DNA of 64,000 bases, taken from Thalia democratica. Its lineage: Eukaryota. Made by a program: the position numbers and the translations under genes. Numbering within the stretch: position 1 is the first letter of the stretch; each line of letters begins with the position of its first letter. The stretch lies in NCBI GenBank assembly GCA_965202585.1, contig OZ241830.1, positions 31,062,001 through 31,126,000 on the forward strand, written 5' to 3'. Positions 23,410-38,100 of this stretch are shown one piece after another. The notes below the pieces were generated by a model. It made no database searches and was not told where the DNA came from. It worked only from the letters and a program-made list of their open reading frames with translations.

Positions 23410-23620
23410 TAAGAGGCATGCTGTATTTTTAAAATATTTTATCAAATACCTTTAGCTAATTAAAAACTAAAACATCATGTTTGAATATTAACACAGAAAT
23501 CTTCGATTTAAATAAAGAACAAACTACACGTAAAATTTCAATGCATACAAGATTATTAATAACGGAGATTCCATATCTCTTTACTTCTATATCCTTTTAA
23601 ACAACGTATGCAATAAATCA
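23410..23620 (-). mobile_element. Possible decayed DNA-transposase fragment (Sola-like), paralog at ~55545-55790
   Basis: The unit 2 copy translates SAKGTGRNTQEITACLC, recalling the E-x-x-G-R-x-x-x-E-I-x-S-C-L motif of invertebrate DDE transposases. The family assignment is from memory only. Confidence 0.3.
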
Positions 23621-26600
23621 GGCTAAATTTTATAATAAGTAGATAAATTATAATAAATATTTTTTTTTGTTTTGATTCGAAATTTTCTTACTCTATGAAG
23701 AGGTTTTATAGAAATACGATTACTCTCAAACAATTTGAAAAAGTATTATTCATACTATCTGTACAAATTACTTGGTAGAAAAGCCATACATTCGCCCCTC
23801 AGGAATCAACGTTCTCCATTGGTTACGTTCTCTTTTTAGTAACGCACTTAGGAATTTTTAAGAAATATGGAATAAAAAATTTAATGCTCAATATTTTATG
23901 TTTTTTGTAACATAAAGTAGAAAAATTGAAATGAATTTTTAAAGAATTTTAAAATAAATATTAAAACAATAAATAAGAGGAGATATATTTTTAGTTATTT
24001 TTATATTGTTGCAGTTTTATTTTGTTATATCTATAAGGAGCCTATAGATAGAATCTAATCATTTTATTTTATACTTTAAGTGTTTTATCCATCTTTTAAA
24101 GTTTAAACTTTTAAATCATATACATTACAATGCTCAAATCCTCAAAAAGTTGTAGCATAATGTTACATTTAAACTTAACACATATCTTACTTTTAGCTAA
24201 TTCGTTCTTTGCCAACCTTCTTACAAATTCGTTCTTTGCCAACCTAAGATTAAACTTGTCTTGTATCGTACTACAGAAAAATTCAAGACAAGTATAACCT
24301 TTAACCTTAAGTTGGTAAGAAACAAAAAAAAAAAAAAATTTGTATTCACTAATAGAACTTTTATTTACAACATTTTACATGTATGTACATGTCAAAAAAA
24401 AAAAGTGTTTTCTTAACAAAAACTTGAAAAGTCTTCAATCATAAGGAAATAAACCAATAAAGTAGGTATGTATGTTTAATTGCGTTTAGTTACGCACTTT
24501 TGTGGTGGACACAATGTTTGAAGATTGGCGAGAGGTGACTGTACATAATAAGCATATACAAAAGTACCAAAATAAAAAGTATTTGTTTAAAATGAATTAA
24601 GTATGTTTATTTTCAAGCTAAAGATTATGAAAAGATAAGGCTTTGCTTATACTCAAAATCAGATGTTTGTATATTAGAAATTGTTTATTAATACAATATT
24701 TATCATTTAACGTCAACTAAAACTTAATAAACTTATTGTTGTCTAAAATTCAGATAGTTTTTCAAACATTTATTCTCTTTAAAAAAACTAGCTCAAAACT
24801 AGTTTGTTAAAGATTAAAACATTTAATCGATTAGCACAATTACATCTTAAATGATTCCTTTCAATTTGTATTTTTAAGATTCATTTAATAAAAGTTTACA
24901 AAATAATTAATATATATTGTTTTATGACCACTAAATTTACCTGTTTTTTAATTTTCATTACTTATAAAAGTTATCTTGTTCAAAATTAGCTTAATGGAGC
25001 TCACAATTGTTGTTCGATATAAACAAAAAATATCTTGAACGAATTCTTTTAAATTGTTTAAATCAATTGTTTATTTTGATTAAATAAAACAATTTAAAAA
25101 TATTCTTATAACCTTGAAATTCAATTAATCTTTTGTATGTTTTTTCTTCTTAAAGTAAGCACAGTATCAAATTAACTTAGTGAGCTTAAAATTCTTATTC
25201 AATTTTTCAATTTTTTTTCTCAAAATGGTTTTGAAAAGTCTGTATATTAATTTAATTAAAGTCGTAAAGGTTATTAAAACAAATTAAAAAATAAACTTGG
25301 TTCATATAAAGCTTTTTTTGTTTGGTATTAAAGGTAGTTTTTTATTATAAACTAGTTTTTGTTATAATTTGAAATTTTTTAAACAAGACCGAAAAGCATA
25401 AAACAAAAAATAACTAAAGAAGATACTCAGGCAATTTGTTTTTGGTAGTGCTGTATTAATGTTTACTACCAACCGACTATAATTATTTATAATCATTTTA
25501 TTTATGTAGTAGTTTATTTAGTTTTAACGTTTTTCGCTTTTGGTAAAAAAACAATAAATTGATATACCTGGCATTGTTTGATTTAAATTTGTTAAATACG
25601 TGATTACTTCTATATCATTCAGAGATGGACAACATACCATCAGTAAAAAATCTTTCTGACCAGAATTTCATTTTGTAATTTTGAAAACTACTACAGAACA
25701 AATAAATTAAAAAACATGAGTGAACAGAAAAATAGAGTGTGATTCAAAAATAAGTATGACTTTACAACCAGGTTTATTATTAAAACTTTGAATTATCAAT
25801 TACAAATATGATCTTGAACAAATTTTTAACTAACTTAGTATATGTTGACAAAATAAAACGGCCTGCATAAGTCCATGACTTATAATCCTTGCTAGATAAA
25901 ACAGACTGTAGCATCTGACTCACTGGCTAGAGAAATTATCTTAATCTGAAGGCAAATCTTTTTTGAAATTTATTTTTATAGTTTTTAGTTAACGTTTTCT
26001 TCAAACTTTAACGCAAACAATATTAGGATTAAAATAATTACTGTTCTGTAATGAATAAAACAAAATGTAAGATCCCTGTATTTTAAAGTCTAAATTTTGC
26101 TATGTCAAAAAGCTAATCAAAAACTGTTTTTTGCATATGAAAAATTTCATCTATAACTGTTGAAGCACATAAGTAGCTGTTATATGAAATACAATTGATA
26201 AGTTCAGCTAATGATGTGTGTAAAACATAAATTTTTAATGAGCTACTCATTGTTAATTCAGTACACACTCAGAAAGAAGTATAATTTTTACAATTCATCA
26301 TGTTTTGTGCAGTTTGATAGACACATAAATGTCTGCGTTTAGATATTTAAGTGCTTTTGTTGCTAGTAGTACTGATTTTTAAATCTTTGTGCCTGAGTGG
26401 AACTAACTGTATTTATATATTTTAGTGTGCTGTTTCTAAATAACATAAAACAAAATCTAACTGTACATTTGGTTCTAATTGATTGTTCTCATCCACATTT
26501 AATATATACTTTGAACAGTTTTTAACACTGAAACGAAAAAAGATCTTTTTATATATGTTTTTTTTTAAGACTATGTGTACATATTGTAACAAAGTATTTT

Positions 26601-28019
26601 TAAACTCACAGAAAGTTCTAAAAAATGAAACTTTCCTCTAAAAATAAACAAATTTAATTGTTTTTAGTGGTTCGAAAACATTACTGTACAAATTAATGAG
26701 GGAATCCTAACATAAAACGTAACTGAAAAATGAAAAATATACATTAAGCTGACAGGCAAACAGATTAAAAATAGAACTAATAGAGTAGAATTTATGGTAT
26801 CAATAAAAACACAAAGATAAAGATCTAACTTCGAGACATCAAAATTCAACAACATAGTCACAAAGTATCATAATAATATAATATTAATGGAATAAACTTC
26901 AACATTTAATTATTTGTGAAAAATTCGACGAAATGTTTTTTTTTAAATAAAAGTGTTTCTAACACATACAGTTGTTTTAATATAATAAAGATGAAATTAA
27001 AAGTTTCTGTACAACTTTTTAAAATCTAACTTTATTGACGAAGAACATGAAATATTTTTACTAACCTAACTTTTAATACTTATAATAAAATTACCATGCT
27101 GATTTTAAATACAAACAGTTTTTTAGTCTCGAAAACTTAATATTATAGACCAGTCTTTTATCAACCTGAATTTTTTAGAAGATTCCATTTGGATAATTAT
27201 TATTCACAAAAATTTTACGGGACCTTTGCAACATATAAACTAGAATTGGATACCTCGTTTTCTGTTTTTCATAAGGAAAAAAAAATTGATGGTGCTGCTC
27301 GTCTGTAACAATAAAAAATACCATATTTAAAAACAAACTGATTTTAACATGAAAAATCTTAACAAGAGCGATGAATTAAAATAATAATAACTAACTTATA
27401 AAAATAAAAAAAGCTATTTCTACCCATTGCATAAATTTTTTTGCGCAAGTTTATCTAACACTCTGAAACGCGTACTGTAATAAACTTAAAAGATGTGTTA
27501 ACATTGTTTATTGAACGATAATAGAATAAACGCTCAAAAAGTTTGGTCTAAGGACCTGGTGTACAAAGGAACCTTTCGGTTATCGAGTCGTACACCACGT
27601 TGTAAGCTAGTTGGAAGCTCAGGTTTTTCCCTAATCACGGGTATTTCCCTAAACTGAGCCTGTAGTTTTTGGTCTGCTCACCATATTTGTACTTTTTTGA
27701 ACTAGTGTAGCTATGTAAATAAGGCAGTAAAAAATAGTGAAAGGTTTCTATTTTAAGATTCATGGTATTTTTTTATTCACTTGATTGTTAACCGAATGTT
27801 GAGCAGTTTACATTCAATAATACTTGATCGTATTTTAATATAATGAGACCAGGATTATCATGTTAGTAGCTACTTTCTTCCTCAGAAAAGGAGTATTGCT
27901 ACAGTATCCCTATCCTTATCTATTTTTAAGGCTACACCATTAGAATTAGTTGCTAACAAGACTATTTTGAAACATGTTGTTAAATTTTTGTACAAAAAGT
28001 TTATTAAAACAATAAAAAT

Positions 28020-28186
28020 CATATTTGTTCTTCCCACGCTCCCTACTGTCCTTCTGTGCCTCTCCTCCAAGAAGAATTTTCGGCTTGAACCTTCAAGCCA
28101 CCCTTCTTCTTGCCCATCTTGTTCAGCTCATTTGGTCACACAACATCAAGTCAGTCTTCTAGGCTCAATTTTTTGTCCTTCGTCTG
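28020..28186 (-). other. Candidate purine-rich terminal exon (non-coding or decayed), paralog of 59040-59226
   Basis: ctacag|ACGAAGGACAA versus tcgcag|ACGGTGGACAA, with a shared GAAGGTTCAAGC/GAAGTTCAAGC block. No conserved open frame. Confidence 0.35.
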
Positions 28187-28295
28187 TAGTACAATACATA
28201 TCATAACTTACTTGAAATATAACAGAAAAACATAAGCAGTGGTCACACAAAAATCTTGTAGCTAATGATAACAAAGTAACTCATTTAGATAACTA

Positions 28296-28675
28296 CAGGG
28301 TTGCCACTCGTTGTTTCCAAATTTTTTCCAGGTTTTTAAAAGTAAACAAATTTTGGTATTTATTTTAGTTTTAAGTTAATTTCTATAAAAAAAAACTAAT
28401 AATGTTTTGAATAGTACAAAAATTCTAAAAATGCCGTAAAATTTTAAATGTGTTTTTTAATAAAAAAATTTTTGATGATGACAAAAAAATCTTACTTGTA
28501 TGATAGATTTTTTGTGTCAAATTGAAATTTTAGTACTGAAAATGTTAAAATTATTAAAAATTCCAGGTTTTACAGGATTTTTGATCAAAATTCTAGGTTT
28601 TTCCATGTTTTTTTTAATTCTCAAATTCCAGGTTTTTCAAGGTTTTTCCAGGTTTCCAGGTTAAGTGACAACCCT
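28296..28675. mobile_element. hAT-like MITE (CAGGGTTG family)
   Basis: Termini CAGGGTTGCCAC...GTGACAACCCT. ATAACTA is duplicated on both sides. Subterminal CCAGGTTTTT repeats. Confidence 0.8.
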
Positions 28676-29402
28676 ATAACTAATGAATCTAAATAAAAAC
28701 AATACAAAAATCAAAACAGAGTAATTTAAAAAAAGTAATCAATCAATACGTTGTATTATAATCCTCTTCGTTAATACAATTCTTTTTATAAACACTCACA
28801 TTTTCAGCAAATTGTTTAGCATAAAAATTATATAAACTGAATTGATTTATGCAGTGTTAAAAAACAGTTATAACAAAATAAATGTAAAATAATTAAAGCT
28901 TGAGTTAAAACTTATTATCAATTTATTTTAGTAAAGCTGATTTTAAAACTACAATACATAAAATCTAAAGGGTTTTCAAACATAGACTACTTTATTTAAT
29001 AACCAAAATTTGATTAAATTAATTTCATTATTAAATTAATGTAGCTTAACAATATGATAATCACAAAATTCTTATCATTTGAACATTTTTGTCTTAGTAA
29101 CACACATTTATAATTTTATAGTTGACTTAAATATTAACATAAGAATACAATATTTAAAAAAAAAAAAAATTTAAATTTAGGCATTTTTCAAATTCAACGT
29201 ATTTAATTACAAACCACAATTTTGTATAATCACTTGGTTTTTAAACAATTCAAACTATGATTTAGATCTAGTAAATATAAAGAAACAGTACTTTACAGAA
29301 TCGTAGATTTTTAATAGCTAATTTACAGAGTTTATAATTGAAAACATTATATATTTTATTTACTTTCTGGCTTGCTTAAATTTCAATGAAATTTAAATAA
29401 CG

Positions 29403-29476
29403 TACTTACGTTTTGTAATTCTCTAGAAATTTCCATTTCTTCTTTATTGAGGTTGATCAGGTTGGTTTTTGCACCT
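29403..29476 (-). other. Candidate internal exon
   Basis: tttttttaag|GTGCAAAAACC...TACAAAAC|gtaagt. Confidence 0.4.
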
Positions 29477-32165
29477 TAAAAAAAAGTAGTCAGAAATTCA
29501 GTTTATGTAAATTTTATTCAAAAAAGCATGCAGGGAACTCTACCACTAGGACAATTACTAGGAATCTTAAATTTAAGGAAAAACTGATAGTTTTGTTTAA
29601 TATCAGAATAATAATCTATAGCATTTTTTTGTATTGGATTTTCATTTAAAATCGAAAAATTTATATAAGAACAAGTTCTAATTGCACAGTTATAAATCAG
29701 ATGATTCAATAAAAATAATTATCACATGATGTACTACTATTTTTTTTAATAAGTGCACATTTGAAAAATATATTTTTAGTGTGAGCTTAAACTTTGAAGA
29801 GTGTTTTCAATGTATTCTTATTTATTTTTTAAGATTTAATGATTTTGTTTTGTGGTCATGTTAAGTACACTGACAAAAATTGTAGTTTGTTTAGAATATA
29901 GAAACTTAATTTGAATTGCACTTATTTTCTTTTTTTATTTGTTATGTAAAAATTAATTTATTGTGAGGTGTTTTACTCACCTCATTAAAATTAATAAAAG
30001 AATTTTACTTATGTGTTTTTTATTACTATCGGGTATATATTTTGCCCATTCATAAATTCGACAGAAAGCAAGCATTCAACCATCGTTTCCTTGCAACCTC
30101 CAAATTACCAACCATTCATGATGACAACAAAAAGAATATTAAGGTAGCAGATGAACTTAATTTAAGCTACTCTAGTAAGCCACACGTTCGCAAACAACTT
30201 TATAAGTTAAAATAACTACTTGAGAGGATATTCAAAGTGAAGAACTTATTACTTAATTAATTTTTCACAATTTTGGCACGAAAGCTACATCCTGACTGCC
30301 AAATCCTAATTTAAAATAATATAATAAAATAAATTAAGTTAAACGATATGCAGGAAATAGTTTAAGAATTATAGTTAACAGTTCTGGTTTGCAACAGAAT
30401 GATTGTTTAAGAATTGATCATTTTTTAAGTCTACTGTATCTACCTGCTTATTTTCAAGTAGATGATGTGTTATGGATCAGAGGTTTATTGATTTGATGTA
30501 CAATCTGAAGACAGATGAATATAATGACTATAAAGACAAATTAAAGTTTATAGGGAAATCATACGTAGAAAATGGAATTTTTGTATGAAAAAGATTTCGA
30601 CTGTGGTCTGACCTGTAAAATAAAATCAAAAAAGGAAACAAAAATTGCTAAGAACCTTCACAAGAATTCTAGTCTAAGAAAGATGGTCAGTTTGGCATAA
30701 AGTGTCGACTAAAACAAAAATTGTCAACTATTAGTTATCCTTGATTATTAAGGCAATAAAGTGGGGCGTATTTTTTAAAAGTTAATATTTAAAAAAAATT
30801 CCTATGTTTGTACCTTTTATCTAAAAGTATAAGGAACATAATGAAAGAAAATCTGTTTCTTAACGTTGACAGATTTTTAACTTGTTTTAAGAATATCTGT
30901 AATATGTGTAGCAAAAAATGAAAGCTGAAACAAAAAAGATCTAATACTAGGGAAGTCCAAAGATACAGTTTATAAATATTTTATTCAGAAGCTTCCTATG
31001 AATTAATAAAATAGCTCACACATGTAACTGATTTACTTTATGTCAAACTGCACCTTTTAGAGATCCATATAAGCCAAAACCGTTCCCTTGTCTTTAACAC
31101 AGTAAGAGGGGAAGAATATGGACATTATCCAACCACTCACAAGGATTTTTTAACTACATTTGTTAAATAAACACAATAAAAAACACTCGTTAAAATAACC
31201 TTATTTGATGTAGTTTTTCTAGCTATTTAATTCTGTCAGGGTAACAAAAGATTTTCTATACAGTTGAAAAGAAAACAATAAAAAACGAGTGGTCAACAAC
31301 AACACCTCAAAATAAAAGTAAAACATGACATTACTACTTAACCATTAAGATACTACTTAGTTAGTACTTAGTTTTTAGGAGTTCAATATTATGTATTCAA
31401 GTTTTTGGAGATTTATTTCGCACAACAGGTCTTTGTACTAAAGTTTTTGAGTATTTTTTTTTGCCATGCAACAAACAGTAATACCGTATAAGTTTTTAGT
31501 ACAAAAATTTATCAAATAACAGTTTGTAAATTTATTTTAATTTGGACTAATATAAATTTTGTTCTATTGTGAGTGCTGTGGATCATCAATGACCATATTC
31601 CATTAGTGTAATGGTAATTTAAAATGTATTTATAACTAAATTGTTATTCACTTTAAACACGGCCATTCTTAAGTTATATGTCATAAAAAATCATTAAAAG
31701 TTAATGGTGTATTTTAAGATAAAGGTCATGAAACTAGAGTGAGATATATTATAATTTCATTTGAAATTTTGGTAATTACAGTAAAATGGCTATACAAGTA
31801 AATCTTTCTTGCTAAGTACTGTAAATTTAATCATTGCAATTATCTAAAATGCTAGGAAGTTTATAGAAAAGAAAATGATTATAAGATAGTTTTACAGATC
31901 AACATAAAATCAAAAACACCATACACAATATTTAAAAGAATATGTGAATTAAAAAAAGTTCTTTACTAAATCTGCCTCATAATTTTAAAAAATTACTTAA
32001 GATCACACTTGTATAACAGTTTTATATTAGTTTATGTTACACTACTTTGCATTTAAAAACAAATTATTTTTTTTTTGCTTCAAAAACTATTAATTAAATG
32101 TAAAACTAATTTGTTATATATGGATTTTTTATTTTAAATTGTGTAAACCAAAAAAAAAACTTACG

Positions 32166-32258
32166 TTAAGTTCCTTCAACTTCCATACAAAGTTCATCTT
32201 GGTTGATGTATCCTTCGTCTTTAAGTTTCTTCTCGATTTTGAACTTTTGTTGTTTGTC
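32166..32258 (-). other. Candidate internal exon
   Basis: ctttttag|ACAAACAAC...GGAACTTAAC|gtaag, purine-rich. One frame gives KQQKFKIEKKLKDEGYINQDELCMEVEGT*. Confidence 0.4.
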
Positions 32259-34272
32259 TAAAAAGCAAAATGTTGTTTAATATTTTTCTACTTAAACTAA
32301 ACACTTTTTTGTTCAAGCAAAATTTTTTTATTTGTGTTCTTATTACATAACCTTTAATAAATCACTTTTATTTACCTAAAAAGATTAAGTACAACAAATA
32401 TACGAACCTATTACAATATAACTCCATTTATAGTAGAAATAAATTTACTATTTTACTGTAAAAACTACTATAAATTTTTGTTCATTTAAAATAGTAATAA
32501 ACTTAAATAATACTTTCAAAAAACTCTATAGTTAAACAAATACTTTAACAAAAATAATTGAGTTAAATAGTTTAAATAAACTCAAAAAATATTTAATTAA
32601 AAACAGAAATTAGTAAAAGCAAGCAGAAAAGTAAAAAATATTTAATTTTTAAATGCGTTAAAACATTCTATAAAATTTAATTAAGTTTTTTTATCAAATT
32701 TATTAATCATTACTTTTTTTTATTAATTACTTTTTTCAGTTAAAATACAGTTAAAACAGCATAAAAACATCCTATTGACCTTAAAAAGATTTAAGTGCAT
32801 TGTTAATTGAATATTGTTTTAGGTAGAAGTACATATAAAGCAGTATTACAACGTTCTAAACAATTTAAAAAGATTAAAAGTAATAAAACCTAAAAGTATA
32901 TTTAGTCAGAAGACACCTAAAACAGCATTAAAACGTTCCAAAGAATATTGAAAGGTTAATAAATAGATATAACTAAAAGAACTTGTAGCAATGAAGAACA
33001 ATAAAATTTTAAAAAAGAAATTAAATTTTGTTTACAAATTAAGATTATTTTAATTGTGGGAATTTCAGTCAAAACACTTAGCATATTAAGAAATATTAGC
33101 AGTTTTTCCTCAACACCGTTTTACAGGGCTGCCAATTTTTTTTTTGCAAAATTTTCTCCGGGGTTTGAAAACTTTACGTTTTTGGGTTTATTTTTAGTGA
33201 AAAGTTAAGTTTAAGGTAAAAAACTACTTTATTGAATGACAAAAAAAGCTTTCAAATTATTTGGTCCTGAGATTTGTTTCACGAAAAACCTTTCGGTCAA
33301 CGTGTCGCACACCTTTAGAATGCCGTTCAACGTCTTGTCCAGGACTTTGTCTTAAATTGTCAAGGACCTTCCTTATCCAGAATATTGTCCTAAATAGTAC
33401 AAAAACATTTAAAAGATACTGTAAAGCTACTTGTAATGTGTTTTTTTTTATTATTGATGATGACTACCAAGATTATTAATATTAAAAATCTAACAATCAA
33501 TAAATATAAACATTTTAGGTGATTAAACAATGATTTAATCAATGTTATCCTTATTTAATCCTATTTACATTCACAGCAAATAATAAACAATTTCTTTACT
33601 TTAAGTTTACTTTATGTATCTAAAGAATATCTAACTACTACTCGCATTTACAAAGTAACATTATATTTTATTATTTTCTGCATCTTCAAAATCTTTTTTT
33701 ATTCTTCAAATTTTATAATCAAAATTTTAACTCAATATAGTAATACAAATTAGAATAAATGTTCAAGATTGTTTGATTAGCTTTTGGTTTTTATGTTCTG
33801 TTTAATTTTTTTTTAATAACTGATGAATCCAGTTAATAAGACATATTATGATTTAAAACTTAATTTATCAAAATTGCACATTTCTATCATTAAATGATAT
33901 TTAATTATCAAAAACGAGGAAGTGGAAATGCTGTAAACATACAAAAAGTTCAAAAAATTGTCTAAATTGTCTTGCTTAAATCTGCACCAATTATGAGTTA
34001 CTATAATTAAAATAACTAATAGAAGTTGTTAAGAAAAGAAGTAAACATATTTTTATTTGTATCCAAGACCGAAAGTGATAGAATTCGGTAGAAAACTTCT
34101 ATAACTCATAAAAAACAATCTAAATTTGTGTAAGTTTAATTATTTTTTTTTATTACAAAATAACTATAAATAATAAAAATATGTAATAAAATTTTTTTTT
34201 AACAACCGTTTATCAATTACTTTAGTTATTTAAATTTAAATAATACTTTAAAATATACTGTAAGTAACCTGA

Positions 34273-34333
34273 CCTAGGTGTGCACTTTGATCACATCATA
34301 AAAGACGTACTCAACCGACAGTGCACACCTAGG
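34273..34333. other. 61-nt stem-loop with a perfect 14-bp inverted repeat
   Basis: CCTAGGTGTGCACT-N33-AGTGCACACCTAGG. Degenerate paralogs at ~60657-60718 and ~63753-63810. Confidence 0.7.
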
Positions 34334-35199
34334 ATTTTTGTCTTATTACCTACATTAAGCCTATTACAGACATAGTAGAAGCTACTAAAGTTTACAAATG
34401 ACTCTTAAAACAAAATGCCTTAAAACAAAAGCTTCCACCATAATAACAATACATATTTTTTAAAGTATATTAGAAGTCTTGAATATTTATTTAAGATATG
34501 TGTTTAAATAAAAGTATTTATCTTTGTATATTTGTATTTATATGAGCCCACAAAGATTTATAAAATCTGTCGTAATTTGTTATATTTTTAAAATTTACAT
34601 ACTACATACAATTAAATAGTTATTTTAAACAATTAAAGATATCAAAGGTAGAGTAAAACATACATATGAATAAAGGAGGATAAAATATTGAGGTGCTCAT
34701 AGTAGACTGAGGTTTCCATAGTGAATAAAAGCAGTGATGGTTTTAAGAAAAAGTGCTGAAAACTTTTGTTAATTTTAGAAGTATCTTACTTCGTTTACAT
34801 GCAACTATTATAGCTACCATAAATTCAAGTTAATTTATTTTAAATTGTAATTTTCATATTTTTTTTAAGGTAGATTTTGTTAAATTTTTTATTATTTTTG
34901 TTTCTATATTTATAATTAGGATAAACAAATTTAAGTTACACTATTTGTTAATTCTTTAAAGAAAAAAATATTGTTATTTTAAATAGTTTTTATACAGTTT
35001 TTATATTTATAACTTTTTTATGTTTACTTTATTTTTATTTTATAACTAGTACAGTACAATTTAATTTCAAATCTACATTTTTGTCTTATGACTTCTGAAT
35101 TTTTGTTACATAAGTACAAACAAGTTCATACCAAATCGGCAGATTGTGCTATTTGAATGAGACAGAAGATAGTTAAACAATAAAAAACAATATTTAGAA

Positions 35200-38100
35200 T
35201 GGTTGAGAAAGTGAACTGCTTGACTTTAAAGAAAACCGTATAATTTGGTTAAGAAAATTAATTGCTCAATAAAAAAAAAGGATTAAAAAATTGGTAGAAG
35301 TCCAAAAGAAATCAACTAAATAACTTCTTAATCACTAACAACCAAGCAGTCTGGATAATTAGCAAGTCAGGCAGAGGTTAGTCACTTTTTTTACAAAATC
35401 AGTTTAAAGATATATAAAAAGAGGATGAAAAGATCAGAAGGAGGTAAACGTTGTAAGGTTTGATAATGATAAATTAAATGTTCAATTGGAAGAAATTAAG
35501 CAGGATATTATTAGTTAAAGTTTACAGCTAGACTACATTAAAAGAAAAATTAAAATGAACGAATGTTGAAATCATTGGGCTACTGTTGAAATCATTGGGT
35601 ACTGTTTATGAAGAATGGATATGTAGTTGATGATTCAGTGGAGGTGATGATAGTTGATCCTAAATTGTTTGAGGAGGATATTGAGACAACTTGTTTAAAA
35701 AGACAATAAAAAAAAGAAACCAAAAGTTCGATATTAGCAAAGTTAATAATGATTAATAATAAAAATAACATATATAAAAATAAATAGAATCTTGCTAAAG
35801 CTAAATATAATTCATTAGATCATAGTATTAAAAACGTGTACATAAATGAAAATCTTACTCTAAAAAGTATACAATTATTTATTAAGGCAAGTTAATATAG
35901 AAAAACTAAAAACGGGAAATTCTTACGCACTACAAAATCAAAAAGTTTATCTTTTAGTGAAAAGAAATTAAATACGGCTACTAAGAGAAATATATTAGAC
36001 TTAAAAAACCTAACTTCTTAATTCTTAATACTTTCTTATTTTGTAAAAAACAGTTAGTAGTGTAATGTCTGTTAATAAAAGTGCATATTTGTTTGATTTG
36101 TAAATACGGTTAGAAAAGTAAGTGTATATATTGTGAAATATGTGGCCAATGAACACATTTAAAATGTAGTACAATATATGTTTTCCAATTTAGTTTTTCA
36201 AGTAAATCTGATAAACCTTTTTTGTTTTACAGTTTAGTACAGGAAATAACTTTAAGTTAAATAAGTTATACAGCATTTGAAAACCTCAACTTAAATAATA
36301 TTGTAATAATAGTTGTAAAACTTGTAATAATTGTTATTGTAAAAGCATTTTTCAATACTTTATTAGCCAAACTAGTAACATAATTTTTTTTTGATAAATA
36401 ATAGTATTTCAAAAAAAAACCTAAACTTAATACAAAGACTTGGCCTATTATTAAGGGGTCTCAGTATTTCTCTAAAGAGTATTACTAGATAAAGGTTTTA
36501 TGTGTAGTTTTAAATTTTAAATGCAAATATAGGAAGAATAAAAAAAAATTCAGCTTAGGGAATCAATGTCCTCATATAAATTATAACTTATATAATAGGC
36601 ATTAGTGAGAATTAACAAAAAAATATACAAAATATTTCAACATTGACTGGCAAGAATTATAGTTAACAATTAAACTTGATATTAAACTTAGAATGGGTCC
36701 GGGTGTATGTTTAAGACTCAATAAAGTATTCAATCAGACAAGACTTAAATTTTACAAGTGTTAGTTATAAATCAATATGGTTAGAAATATCAGTAAATTA
36801 AAAGTAAAAACAATTAGTACGATCAATACAACGTCATCCTGGAAACTAAATTCCTGAATTCAGTGAGAAGTTCTCAGATTTTTAGTTAAAAAAAATTCAT
36901 AAATATGTTTGACTATATATGATATTAATATAGAAAATTTGAATAATAAAGTCGCTTCTGTTAAAAATTACTTGAAACAAATTAATGGTCATGGTCTTAC
37001 AAATATCATCAGTGCAAACTAGAATTAATAATTCTTTGGGTACATTGACAGACCTTTTTCATTGCTCAACACCAGAAAAAACTATTCATTGCCAAGTACT
37101 TTTTTGAGTTATATAAGATAACTTTTCTCTTTCATAATTCAAAGTTTCGTAATCTAAAGAAACATAACTTTAATATGAAAATTAATACTTTCAAGGCATT
37201 TTGAAAATTACAACCAAAATACGTTTAGCAGACGCTTCAATCATTTTTAGCATACATGAAAAAAAACAAATTGATTCAATCTTGAAGCTCTATTTATACA
37301 AAGTTTAATAACTTTATAGCAATATAATAAAGAGAATAACTTTAAAATCTTCCAATAATTTTTCAAATATAAAATAATCTAAAGCTTACCTAAAATTAAA
37401 ATCAAAACCTTGAATAGCTATAGCCATTTAAAATCCATAAAACAAAAAAAAACAAATTTTACAAAAACATCTGCGAAAATAATTTTAATAATCCGGTTAT
37501 AGTTCGAAAAAAAACGATTGATGTATTAACAATTTACAAAAAAATTAAAATATTAAAAATTATACCATGGAAACATACTTGAAAGCTCTAATAAAAACAC
37601 ACCCAAAACTTGAACAATAGTGAATAAAGAATACAAAACCAATATAACCAATAGAAAAAAAAGGTAACCAATTGAAATAGTTACTGAACTATTTATTCAC
37701 TTCGCTAATATTGGGTTACAGACCTATTCAAAAAATAAAGTGATCTTCTGAACTAAGCTAATAAAATAAAAAAGATAGTATTTGTTTTTGTTAAATGTAA
37801 CAGAAGTAGAAATAGTTAACATTACATAAAAGCTAGATTCAAACAAAGCGAATGGATATGATAACATTTCATTTAAAATTTAATGAAAAATTTATAGTCC
37901 TGTCTCCAGTTGTTGTCCAGTTTTATGTGTAAATAGATTAATCGAGCATATAATAAAAGTTAATATCCAAATAGTTCAAAGCTAACATAAGATATTCCAA
38001 TATTTAATTTAGGAAATAAAAATTAATTTAGACGGTAATTGTAGACCAATCTCAATATTATCTAACATAAATAAAACTATTCATAAAGTAATGTACATCC

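Noticed and set aside
27882-28206. ORF-track ORFs here and at 59029-59239 as peptide genes (arminin-like or neuropeptide precursors)
   Set aside because: No convincing signal peptide plus acidic pro-region, and the frames are not conserved between the paralogous islands.
30040-31140. GC-richer coding-like stretch, possibly a transposase relic
   Set aside because: Many stops and no motif I can assign with confidence. BLASTx is needed.
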